From the IMG/VR virus record IMGVR_UViG_3300045988_169460: a stretch of DNA of 64,000 nt. The stretch is one strand, 5' to 3'. Position 1 is the stretch's first letter, and each line of letters opens with the position of its first letter. Shown here piece after piece: positions 51,163-58,997 of this stretch. Source of the DNA: a virus. A program made the position numbers and the translations under genes. Under the pieces are notes generated by a model. It did no database searches. It was not told the origin of the DNA and saw only the letters and a list, made by a program, of their open reading frames with translations.

Positions 51163-51651
51163 ATGTGGATACAGTATAATCTTGTAGATGTAAGAAATTT
51201 AGACACTATTGAAAAAGAGTATTACGATGTTGAGACTGATGTTAAAATGCACAAACTTATAATGAATCAATGGCAAGAATTAATAAAACATAATGAATAT
51301 TTAGGAGTAACTCCAAAAGAGATATCTGTACTTATAAGGTGGGCAATTTCATATTCTTTAGGTAGAAGAATATATATAAAAACAGGATTCAACTATACAA
51401 GAGAAATAGGCTATACAGGTGTTCCACAGATATATGAGTATCTTTTAAATGAAACACAGCCATCAATAAGAGGGACTACTAAATGGGTAGATTTTATTAT
51501 ATGTCTTATTAGAGTAGTAGAGAAACTGACAGGTAGAAGGAATTTAGGTAGCTTGCTTCCTTGCAGGTCAGCAACTTATAGAGAACAAATAGAGTGGTTA
51601 ATAAAATTTTATCTTAGATTTTATAATAGCAGAAGCGATGAATGGGAATAA
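51163..51651 (+). CDS. WE-tail protein (ends SDEWE); last gene of the rightward arm
   Basis: ORF track. Confidence 0.55.
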   Translation: MWIQYNLVDVRNLDTIEKEYYDVETDVKMHKLIMNQWQELIKHNEYLGVTPKEISVLIRWAISYSLGRRIYIKTGFNYTREIGYTGVPQIYEYLLNETQPSIRGTTKWVDFIICLIRVVEKLTGRRNLGSLLPCRSATYREQIEWLIKFYLRFYNSRSDEWE

Positions 51652-51678
51652 CCTTTTAAGCGAATAACTTAAAAGGTT
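51650..51678 (+). terminator. hairpin after the last rightward gene
   Basis: AACCTTTTAAG-cgaataa-CTTAAAAGGTT followed by a weak T-run. Confidence 0.45.
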
Positions 51679-51795
51679 ATTTGCATTTATGGACTTAAAT
51701 GCAGGAAGATGCTTAAAGGGAAAATAAAAATTGCAGTCATATTAAAAATTGCAAAATGCAACTTAATACTTAAAAGGAGAAAAATGTGGGGAGAA

Positions 51796-52017
51796 ATAGG
51801 TACACAGTCCCTTTAAAAGAGGTGCAAATGCTGTCTTAAATAGTAACAGTTATTAATAACAGTACAATATATAGTAAAAAATTATTATTTATTAGGACAT
51901 TGTACAAAATATAGGTACTCACTAATTAAGAAATTGTACCAATATAACAAACAAGTGTTTGTAGATAGGTACACATAGTGTAGTGAACATTAGTTTGTAT
52001 TTAGATATAGGTACGCA
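51796..52017. repeat. four direct copies of ATAGGTACNCA (iteron-like)
   Basis: Copies at about 51796, 51911, 51965 and 52007. A related GGTACACA lies near 51093. Confidence 0.6.
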
Positions 52018-52285
52018 TATATGTTTGCAGTAATTATAGTGTCTACTCCACACGCACACAAAAAGGCAAATTGATTACTTTTTCTAGAGGTGGAGATAAA
52101 GAATTTTAGCAATTTTGCCTTATTTTAGCAAAAAACAGCCTATTTTGTCTACTGGTAGGAGACACTTATATAAAAGCATAAAAAAATAGCCCAAAAGGGC
52201 TAAAATTTGGGCATAAAAATAGGGGTAAGAGTGGGTTTATCCTCTACCCCTATAGAAAGTATATTAATTTATCCGCCGCTTTGCT

Positions 52286-52417
52286 TTAGCAACCATAATG
52301 GTAAGCATATATAAGGGCTGTGGCTATGGATATAGCTACCATTTCCCCCGCCATTTTTTCCCACAGCCATTTAATGCCGAAGAGTGTTACATAGAAAGTT
52401 CCTAATAAATATCTCAT
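52286..52417 (-). CDS. small hydrophobic peptide (43 aa)
   Basis: ATG after AGGAGAAATAACA. Below the track cutoff. Confidence 0.35.
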   Translation of the reverse strand: MRYLLGTFYVTLFGIKWLWEKMAGEMVAISIATALIYAYHYGC

Positions 52418-52448
52418 TGTTATTTCTCCTTATTAGTAAAAATTATTA

Positions 52449-52643
52449 TTAAGCTCTTAGTATCTTATGTGGGTCATACGGGTTTAGGATATATTCGCTT
52501 TTTCTATCAGCATAAACCTGACTAACTACTAATTCGCCTAATCCGTCTACTGTAGTGATGTAGTCAGTCCTAATCTTTCCCCGCTTGCTTACCTTTACGA
52601 CTTTGAAATCGCCTAAAGATTGCCCCAATTTAAACCTTTGCAC
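52449..52643 (-). CDS. hypothetical protein
   Basis: Track ORF 52449-52664. The GTG at 52643 follows AAGGGAGGAG, and the predicted transcription start lies downstream of the track ATG. Confidence 0.45.
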   Translation of the reverse strand: MQRFKLGQSLGDFKVVKVSKRGKIRTDYITTVDGLGELVVSQVYADRKSEYILNPYDPHKILRA

Positions 52644-52664
52644 TTTATCTCCTCCCTTATACAT

Positions 52665-52693
52665 AGTGTATTAGAAGTAGATAGCAATGTCAA
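52665..52693 (-). promoter_or_regulatory. leftward promoter (TTGACA-17-TACACT)
   Basis: Divergent partner of the promoter at 52717. Confidence 0.45.
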
Positions 52694-52716
52694 GCTTTTT
52701 TTTTAAAAAATAATCA

Positions 52717-52745
52717 TTGACATTGATTACCATTTTTGGTAAACT
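52717..52745 (+). promoter_or_regulatory. rightward promoter (TTGACA-17-TGgTAAACT)
   Basis: Precedes GTGGAGGTGG and the ATG at 52764. Confidence 0.5.
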
Positions 52746-52763
52746 AATAGTGGAGGTGGTTTT

Positions 52764-53120
52764 ATGAATTTTAACAAATTTAAAAAAATAATGAGCTACT
52801 GTAAGCAGTATGGCGGGGCTACTCTTGACGGATTTGGCAGAGTAGTTAAATTTGATAGTGGCTATCAAGTGGCGTATACTGACCATGCAGTTAAGGGCAG
52901 AAAAGCGGTAAGAGGTGTGCTATCTAATATTGTTGATACTGCTTTAACTTCTGCCCACTATGCGGGACTGTGGGTTGAAAACGGCTATACTTATATTGAT
53001 AATAGTATACACGTTGATAGCTTAGACTTAGCTTTATCCTTAGCACGTAAATATAACCAATTATTTATTTGGGATTGGGCAAACAGTAAATGTATCTATG
53101 TGGAGGCGAAAAATGAATAA
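52764..53120 (+). CDS. hypothetical protein
   Basis: ORF track. Confidence 0.5.
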   Translation: MNFNKFKKIMSYCKQYGGATLDGFGRVVKFDSGYQVAYTDHAVKGRKAVRGVLSNIVDTALTSAHYAGLWVENGYTYIDNSIHVDSLDLALSLARKYNQLFIWDWANSKCIYVEAKNE

Positions 53121-53316
53121 AGAATTATTATTAAATAACATCCGTATCATTAAGAGAGGATACTTATATGATATATACGCTTATATGTCATATATGACTG
53201 ATTTCGAGTTGCAGTATAAAGGATTAGATTTTTTTAAGCTAATAGATGTTATTAGGAATGATTACGAATTAGAGGATACTATTATTAAAGAAGTTATAGA
53301 GTTTACTAAATACTAG
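53113..53316 (+). CDS. hypothetical protein
   Basis: In-frame ATG after GGAGG. Confidence 0.45.
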   Translation: MNKELLLNNIRIIKRGYLYDIYAYMSYMTDFELQYKGLDFFKLIDVIRNDYELEDTIIKEVIEFTKY

Positions 53317-53342
53317 CGGGAAATATTCCCGCTTTTCTTTTT
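53315..53342 (+). terminator. intrinsic terminator
   Basis: AGCGGGAA-atat-TTCCCGCT followed by a T-run. Confidence 0.8.
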
Positions 53343-53355
53343 TACCATTTTATGT

Positions 53356-53368
53356 GAACATATGTTCG
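53356..53368. promoter_or_regulatory. Cheo-box-like LexA operator (GAACATATGTTCG)
   Basis: Perfect GAAC-N4-GTTC palindrome matching the Gram-positive SOS box consensus CGAACnnnnGTTCG. Confidence 0.45.
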
Positions 53369-53767
53369 TAAAACTCAATCACAAATATTTTGATTTGTCA
53401 AGTTTCTTAATTGTAGTAAAATAAAGAATATTTAATTTGTTAGTAGTATTCTTATAGGATAAAATGCCCCTTAGACGCTCATATTTGCCTTGTGAGCGTT
53501 TTTATATCAATATAGGATTAACTATAAGCACATATAAAATAAAACTTAATAGCGGTCATTTTCGTTCTCCACAATACACATATACTATATTTATAGTATT
53601 GACAAATTTAATATACTATGCATATTTACAATATTGAAATAAAATATTTATTTTTGTATCTTGACAAAACTATTATTTTATGCTTGTCACTTTTTACCGC
53701 ACTTTTTTAACATCCCCTATATAATATAATGGAAGGAAAAAAATTGATAAATTTTTTAAAAAAAGTG

Positions 53768-53796
53768 TTGACAATGATATTAGGATTTGTTAAGAT
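53768..53796 (+). promoter_or_regulatory. promoter (TTGACA-17-TGtTAAGAT) upstream of amidoligase copy 2
   Basis: Good -35 box and extended -10. Confidence 0.5.
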
Positions 53797-53830
53797 ATAA
53801 GCATAGAGAGATACACAAGGGGGCAAGAAA

Positions 53831-55285
53831 ATGCAAGAATTTGAATTTGTCGATAATGGAGTATTTGAAAAAGACGGTGTAGAATATAGGAATAAAGGGC
53901 AGGTTGAAATTGAAGATAAACTGTTCTACCTTTTCGTCACTTCTGATGTGCCGAATTTCGCCCCTCTTTATTTAAAAGACACCAAAAGATTTGTCGTTCT
54001 TGTTGTAACTGGCGATAAAGCTAGAGAGGCTACAGAAGAAGAACGTGTAATACTACAATATAAATGCAGAAGATGCATAAATTGTGGAGAAGTAATCACT
54101 AAAGAAGATTGGATTTGGATAGACGGAAATATCTTATGCGCTGATTGTTTTGAAAATTTATTGGGTGAAGAAATTGAAATATGTGATATTTGTGGATGCG
54201 CCCATTTTTCTGATAATGATAGAATGATATACATTCAAGAAGAAGAGCAATTAATTTGTGATGAATGCGCTGAACGTCATTACTTTCAATGTAGTAATTG
54301 CGGAACATGGACTAGAAATCCGTTACAAATGACTGATGGAGATTACATATGTAACGAATGCTTCGAAACAGAGGACTATTATATATGTGACGATTGCGGA
54401 AATGTTATAGACCCTGATACTGACGGTGTAATAATACGTAGTGACAGTGTTTATTGTGAGGATTGTGCTTCTGAACACGCAGACCCTAATGAAGAATATA
54501 TACACGAATATGGCTATTCCCCACGCATACTGTTTAATGAAGGAGAGGAATTGAATAGCTATCCGAAAAAAGGGGAAAGATATTTCGGCTTGGAAATTGA
54601 AACAGAATGTACTGGAGATATTACAGAAGTGATAGAAGATGAAGATTACTATTGGGCAACGGATGATAGTAGTATTCAATGTTTAAATGAGGGCTGTGCC
54701 GCTGAAATAGTAACGCAACCGACAACATTTAAAGCATGGCAGAATTACAGTGATACATTTTTTGATGCTTTAGAAAACAACTGCGTTACTAATAGTTCTT
54801 GCGGATTACATATTCACGTCAATAGGGATAGTGTATCAGATGAAACGATTGAAAAAGCAATATTATTTATTAGTAAACATTATGAAAAAGTAAGAATATT
54901 TGCAGATAGGTTGATGTGCAATATATGCAGTTATGCAGGGAATAATTTAGAGCGTTATAAAGACTACTATCCTAATAGCAAATCTATTAAGGAAGAAATA
55001 AATATTGTAAAAAAGGGGAAAGATAATGTACGGTATAAATATTTAGCTATAAATATCTTGCATAAAAATACATATGAATTTCGCATATTTAATAGCACTG
55101 TAAATAAGGATAGAATACTGGCATATATAGAATTTGTGGATGCATTGCTTGAGTACTGTTCAGAGAGTAACTTTTTACAAATTTATAAGTCTAATTTTTG
55201 GGACTTAGCGGAATACGCAAAGGGGAAAAAGAAATATAAACATTTAATGCATAGATTTTATGATATAATAAGTGAAGTATACTAG
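53831..55285 (+). CDS. amidoligase (Amidoligase_2-type) with an N-terminal zinc-ribbon array, copy 2
   Basis: Eight CxxC pairs. Then FGLEIETE, DDSSI...AEIVTQP, CGLHIHV, YEFRIFNST. Paralogue of 42323-43492. Confidence 0.65.
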   Translation: MQEFEFVDNGVFEKDGVEYRNKGQVEIEDKLFYLFVTSDVPNFAPLYLKDTKRFVVLVVTGDKAREATEEERVILQYKCRRCINCGEVITKEDWIWIDGNILCADCFENLLGEEIEICDICGCAHFSDNDRMIYIQEEEQLICDECAERHYFQCSNCGTWTRNPLQMTDGDYICNECFETEDYYICDDCGNVIDPDTDGVIIRSDSVYCEDCASEHADPNEEYIHEYGYSPRILFNEGEELNSYPKKGERYFGLEIETECTGDITEVIEDEDYYWATDDSSIQCLNEGCAAEIVTQPTTFKAWQNYSDTFFDALENNCVTNSSCGLHIHVNRDSVSDETIEKAILFISKHYEKVRIFADRLMCNICSYAGNNLERYKDYYPNSKSIKEEINIVKKGKDNVRYKYLAINILHKNTYEFRIFNSTVNKDRILAYIEFVDALLEYCSESNFLQIYKSNFWDLAEYAKGKKKYKHLMHRFYDIISEVY

Positions 55286-55298
55286 GAGGCTAAAAAAA

Positions 55299-55469
55299 AT
55301 GGAAATTTCAGAATTAAAATTTAGAAAATTTAATGGTGAGCGCATCCGCTACACTACAGCAGAACGGCTGATGTCATATGAAAATGTGCTAGTAGTAGAG
55401 GAACACTACGGAGCGTATACGCTTATAAATATTAATAACGGCGATATTATCACAGTTTACACAAATTAA
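55299..55469 (+). CDS. small hypothetical protein
   Basis: ATG 9 nt after TAGGAGG. Confidence 0.45.
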   Translation: MEISELKFRKFNGERIRYTTAERLMSYENVLVVEEHYGAYTLININNGDIITVYTN

Positions 55470-55482
55470 AGGAGGTTATATA

Positions 55483-55950
55483 ATGAGTACATCAGCTTAC
55501 ATTATTACTAAACACAATGGCTACTATTGGGGTGCTATGTGTAATTGGGATGGATACCCCGACGGTTTGGGAAGTGATTTGCTTAATATGACTATGGCGG
55601 ATAAGAATAATGATACTATTGAGAAACAGATATTTGATACTATTAAGGATGGGGATATGTCATATTTAGGCGAGCCCTATATGGAGGAAGACAGCGAAGC
55701 ATATAAATTTAAGTCATTAAAAACTATGCTACGTAATGTAGTAGGATGTTTTGTCGATTATATCTATCTGTATAACTGTGGGCAATGGTATGTAGCACGT
55801 GCACAGTATGACGTTGATGTTATTGACTTCTATAGATTATCTTTATTCTTTAAGAATAATAATCCGCAAGAGTTTAAGGGTGAAGATTATCAAGAACATA
55901 TCTTTAGGGATAAAACGCCTGATAGCATTGTTACAATAAGGAGTAAATAA
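55483..55950 (+). CDS. hypothetical protein
   Basis: ATG after AAGGAGG. Has a CNWDGYPDGLG motif of unknown meaning. Confidence 0.5.
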   Translation: MSTSAYIITKHNGYYWGAMCNWDGYPDGLGSDLLNMTMADKNNDTIEKQIFDTIKDGDMSYLGEPYMEEDSEAYKFKSLKTMLRNVVGCFVDYIYLYNCGQWYVARAQYDVDVIDFYRLSLFFKNNNPQEFKGEDYQEHIFRDKTPDSIVTIRSK

Positions 55951-55971
55951 GAATGAATACTATTATAGTGT

Positions 55972-55980
55972 GGGGGGGGG
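55972..55980 (+). repeat. G9 homopolymer between genes
   Basis: Lies within a 13-codon mini-ORF (ATG 55953), 10 nt upstream of the GTG at 55991. Confidence 0.85.
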
Positions 55981-55990
55981 TAGCCTATGA

Positions 55991-56197
55991 GTGATAGATA
56001 AATATTATCAATTAGACAACATGGCTATTTATGTAAAATCATTAGTAGTATATAATAGTATTAAGTATTATATATTAGATATATTTATTGATAATATTTA
56101 TACAAAACAATATAATATAAAAACTAATGATATATTATTGACAGAAGAACATATTGTTATTAATGAAGTAAAGTTTATTAGAAACTATTATCAATAA
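55991..56197 (+). CDS. hypothetical protein
   Basis: ORF track; an alternative ATG lies at 56021. Confidence 0.4.
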   Translation: MIDKYYQLDNMAIYVKSLVVYNSIKYYILDIFIDNIYTKQYNIKTNDILLTEEHIVINEVKFIRNYYQ

Positions 56198-56198
56198 G

Positions 56199-56249
56199 AA
56201 ACAGTAACCACATGAAAATACATCCGTTTTCATAATGGTTACTGTTTTT
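56199..56249. terminator. hairpin between convergent transcription units (possibly bidirectional)
   Basis: AAACAGTAACCA ... TGGTTACTGTTT with an inner ATGAAAA/TTTTCAT stem, followed by a T-run. Confidence 0.65.
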
Positions 56250-56430
56250 GTAACCGTGTGCCTAGTTACAATTTTTTTTTTACAAATTTTTTATCTCACA
56301 AAAATCTGGGGTAACTTCAAGAATAATAATAAAAGCAATAATACAATAGTGAATTTTTTTCAAAAAAATAAGCCTTTTTCAAGGCTTAAAAGAATCGGTC
56401 TTTTGTATCTGGATATCTATTACCGCCTGT

Positions 56431-56559
56431 TTAGACAGCACAATATTTTTTGTCAGCATGAAAGACATTTACTATTTCCCATCCATAGGGAACGTATCTT
56501 TTTTCAATCTCTGCTATTAACATATCTAAGGATGGTTTAATTACTTGGGTATATTTCAT
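56431..56559 (-). CDS. small protein (DUF4177-like, tentative; 42 aa)
   Basis: ATG after AAAGGAGGTAAACAA. YGWEIVN motif. The track ORF 56431-56694 is probably over-extended. Confidence 0.35.
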   Translation of the reverse strand: MKYTQVIKPSLDMLIAEIEKRYVPYGWEIVNVFHADKKYCAV

Positions 56560-56575
56560 TTGTTTACCTCCTTTT

Positions 56576-56719
56576 TCAAATATCCATTGGGTTACAGTCT
56601 TCACAATTTGGCGTAACTTCACCATGTAACCAACGACAATATTTACAGCAGTATTTACTGTCCCAGTAATCACAGTCATTAAAAAAGCAATCATTACAAG
56701 GGCATTGTTCTTCTTCCAC
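56576..56719 (-). CDS. small Cys-rich protein (47 aa)
   Basis: GTG after TAGGTGA. CPCNDC...CCKYC...CEDC. Lies in a different frame from the overlapping track ORF. Confidence 0.35.
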   Translation of the reverse strand: MEEEQCPCNDCFFNDCDYWDSKYCCKYCRWLHGEVTPNCEDCNPMDI

Positions 56720-56725
56720 TTCTAT

Positions 56726-56905
56726 TCACCTACTATTTTTTATCTTTATATCATAAGTATTACTAACTATACCCATATTACAGTCATCTTCCAAGTAGGC
56801 TTCTTCTATAATATCTCGAATTTCGTCTTCTGTAGCACCATCTTCTACGTCTATTTTTACTTTATATTCATTTGTCTCAATAATTGTCGCTACTACTGTT
56901 TTCAT
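56726..56905 (-). CDS. small acidic protein, PcfM/DpnD-like (59 aa)
   Basis: MKTVVATIIETNEYKVKIDVEDGATEDEIRDIIEEAY... Below the track cutoff. Confidence 0.35.
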   Translation of the reverse strand: MKTVVATIIETNEYKVKIDVEDGATEDEIRDIIEEAYLEDDCNMGIVSNTYDIKIKNSR

Positions 56906-56912
56906 AATTTAT

Positions 56913-57332
56913 TCACTGCTCCTTTATTAGCTCAGAATTATCATAAATATTTCCGACAACTTCTACATCTTCTGGCGATTCTATGACGTTAAGAATGTTA
57001 TCAGACACGCCGTTAGAAGTGCATTTAAGGACATATTGATTACCGTTCCACTCTACGGCGAAAAGAAAAGCTTTAGAGTTGTAGATACTGACTATATCGC
57101 CCTCAAATATTTTTTTACCATTTTTATCGACAAAGCCTGTATATTGTCCTACTGTTTTAGGGTCAACTCTGTGTGCTACAGTTTGAATGATACTCTCATC
57201 TTTTTCAAAACAGAATATATCTGTATTATTAGGCACTATTCTTGCTCTGCCATCCTCGTATTTTAATAAATGACCAGTTATCCACTCTCCGTTATCAAGC
57301 CTTTTACCTATAAATAATATTTCACGCATCAT
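56913..57332 (-). CDS. YopX-family protein
   Basis: REILFIGKRLDNGEW..G...TVGQYTGFVDKNGKKIFEGDIV...VVGNIYDNSELI. Confidence 0.7.
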   Translation of the reverse strand: MMREILFIGKRLDNGEWITGHLLKYEDGRARIVPNNTDIFCFEKDESIIQTVAHRVDPKTVGQYTGFVDKNGKKIFEGDIVSIYNSKAFLFAVEWNGNQYVLKCTSNGVSDNILNVIESPEDVEVVGNIYDNSELIKEQ

Positions 57333-57526
57333 TCGTCACCGTCCGTTTTAGAAATAATTTTAAATACATCTTTTACATGAGAGTTAGCTGAACAAGCAAA
57401 GTAATCGTCATCAGTATAATTATCAACGTAATTTTTAGCTTTTTCTTCTGCTTCCGCTCTGTTTTCTGCTTCTACTTCAAAGTCAAAAGCATATGTTTCA
57501 ATTAACTGCACTTTATATTTTTTCAT
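57329..57526 (-). CDS. small acidic protein, PcfM/DpnD-like
   Basis: MKKYKVQLIETYAFDFEVEAENRAEAEEKAKNY... Confidence 0.4.
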   Translation of the reverse strand: MKKYKVQLIETYAFDFEVEAENRAEAEEKAKNYVDNYTDDDYFACSANSHVKDVFKIISKTDGDE

Positions 57527-57738
57527 TTTTTTATACGCTCTCTTATCTCAATTAATGGGCAGTCTGCATGTCTGCCACTTTTTAAAACCTTAAAATTTTC
57601 TCGTACCCCTTCGATATCTACACAAAGAATATTAGGCACTAAGACTTTGCCATCAACTTGACAATACTGCCCACTTTCATCTATAAAAGGACATAGCATA
57701 CAATTAACAGGCATTTCCATTCCTTTAATTATTATCAT
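57523..57738 (-). CDS. hypothetical Cys-containing protein
   Basis: Internal ATG after AAGGAG. The track start at 57792 overlaps the upstream gene. Confidence 0.45.
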   Translation of the reverse strand: MIIIKGMEMPVNCMLCPFIDESGQYCQVDGKVLVPNILCVDIEGVRENFKVLKSGRHADCPLIEIRERIKK

Positions 57739-57763
57739 GTTTACTCCTTTTTTATTAGTTTCC

Positions 57764-58177
57764 TTACATTTCCCGCAATTTTTTATAATCATCTATCAAA
57801 TGCTTTTCTGCTTCATTTCTAGTTCTATAACATTTTCCTGCTTTGCGTAAAAAGCAATGTAACGTATTGGCATCATCAAAAAATAATACTTTTTCAATCT
57901 CTCCTAGAGCAGTTACGTAATAATAAGTGTCACCGTTTTGAGGATAAAAAGGTATTTTCTTTACAAAAAAGTTACTAACCAACAACTTCAATAAAGTATA
58001 AGAATAACCGTTCTTTCCACCATCACATTTTAAAATATCTTCTGGTTTTTCAAAATCTTTATTGATATAAAATGTTTTATCATATAACTTCTCTTTGTTA
58101 CTGTTTAAAATATAAAATTTTTCACCTGCTTGTAAATCATTATCTTCTAAAAATTGTTGTATATATTTATTTAACAA
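57764..58177 (-). CDS. hypothetical protein; paralogue of 48018-48431 and 4436-4846
   Basis: Shared N-terminus (KYIQQFLEDNDLQAGEKFYIL) and C-terminus (GKCYRTRNEAEKHL). Confidence 0.55.
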   Translation of the reverse strand: MLNKYIQQFLEDNDLQAGEKFYILNSNKEKLYDKTFYINKDFEKPEDILKCDGGKNGYSYTLLKLLVSNFFVKKIPFYPQNGDTYYYVTALGEIEKVLFFDDANTLHCFLRKAGKCYRTRNEAEKHLIDDYKKLREM

Positions 58178-58565
58178 TTTTGTCCCTCATTTCAGCCCCG
58201 CAATTCCAGCAATATTTCTGTTCTTCCTCGGATAAATAGTCAATAGGTCCATCAGTTGCCGCAGATTCACCGCACACAGTACAACAGCCATTTTTCCAAC
58301 GTCCTTGCTTACGTTCCTCTACTATAGGGGCTTCGTCTATAAGCCGTCCACATCTATCGCAGTAGTTATTGTCGTGGTATTGTACTAAATGACAGTGTTT
58401 ACACACTTTAGGCAAACACGCTTCCGTACTCTTAATAACATGTATAGCATGATATACCCCACTCACATATCCCTGCCCAAACTCCCCCTTACTTAAATCT
58501 TTATCTTCGGCTTGTGCTATTTTTCTTAGTACGTATGTTATCCATTCAGCATCTATCAATCTCAT
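58167..58565 (-). CDS. zinc-ribbon protein
   Basis: CKHC...NYCDRCG...CCTVCG...CWNCG. Confidence 0.45.
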   Translation of the reverse strand: MRLIDAEWITYVLRKIAQAEDKDLSKGEFGQGYVSGVYHAIHVIKSTEACLPKVCKHCHLVQYHDNNYCDRCGRLIDEAPIVEERKQGRWKNGCCTVCGESAATDGPIDYLSEEEQKYCWNCGAEMRDKIVK

Positions 58566-58568
58566 AAT

Positions 58569-58754
58569 CTATTCACTCTCACTTTCAAGCCAATGTTTTA
58601 TACCAGTTTCACATGGCATTTTTTTACAGTTTTCGCCGCCTCGTCTGTAAACACATATTTTATGACACGTATTTCTGCCTGCTACCTCAACAAATGCTAC
58701 CATTTCTTCAAGGCTCATAGCTTTAATTCTTTCGTAGTTAGTCATTTCAACCAT
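58569..58754 (-). CDS. small Cys-containing phage protein
   Basis: MTNYERIKAMSLEEMVAF...C..C...C pattern. Confidence 0.45.
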   Translation of the reverse strand: MVEMTNYERIKAMSLEEMVAFVEVAGRNTCHKICVYRRGGENCKKMPCETGIKHWLESESE

Positions 58755-58942
58755 CCTGTGAGCAATGCTATTCCAAATAATACAAGTGTTATAGCCCCTA
58801 TAGTGTGAGTAATGACATATAAGCGGCTATGTCTGTCACTGCTGTCAGTCAGAAGTACCAATATAGACCAAAAAGCTGACACTGTAATCACAATAATAGA
58901 TGCTATAACAACACAATTCATTAGTAAATAAATAAAATCCAT
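58742..58942 (-). CDS. small membrane protein
   Basis: Two TM segments. Confidence 0.45.
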   Translation of the reverse strand: MDFIYLLMNCVVIASIIVITVSAFWSILVLLTDSSDRHSRLYVITHTIGAITLVLFGIALLTGWLK

Positions 58943-58997
58943 GCTATTTATTCTCCCTCACTTTTTTCAATAATTATTGCTATTACTTTTTTATAAT

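Noticed and set aside
45299-52285. tRNA or other canonical RNA genes in the long non-coding gaps (45299-45558, 50729-51162, 51652-52285, 53343-53830).
   Set aside because: I saw no GTTCGAATC-type T-arm or cloverleaf-compatible segments by eye. tRNAscan-SE or Infernal should be run to confirm.
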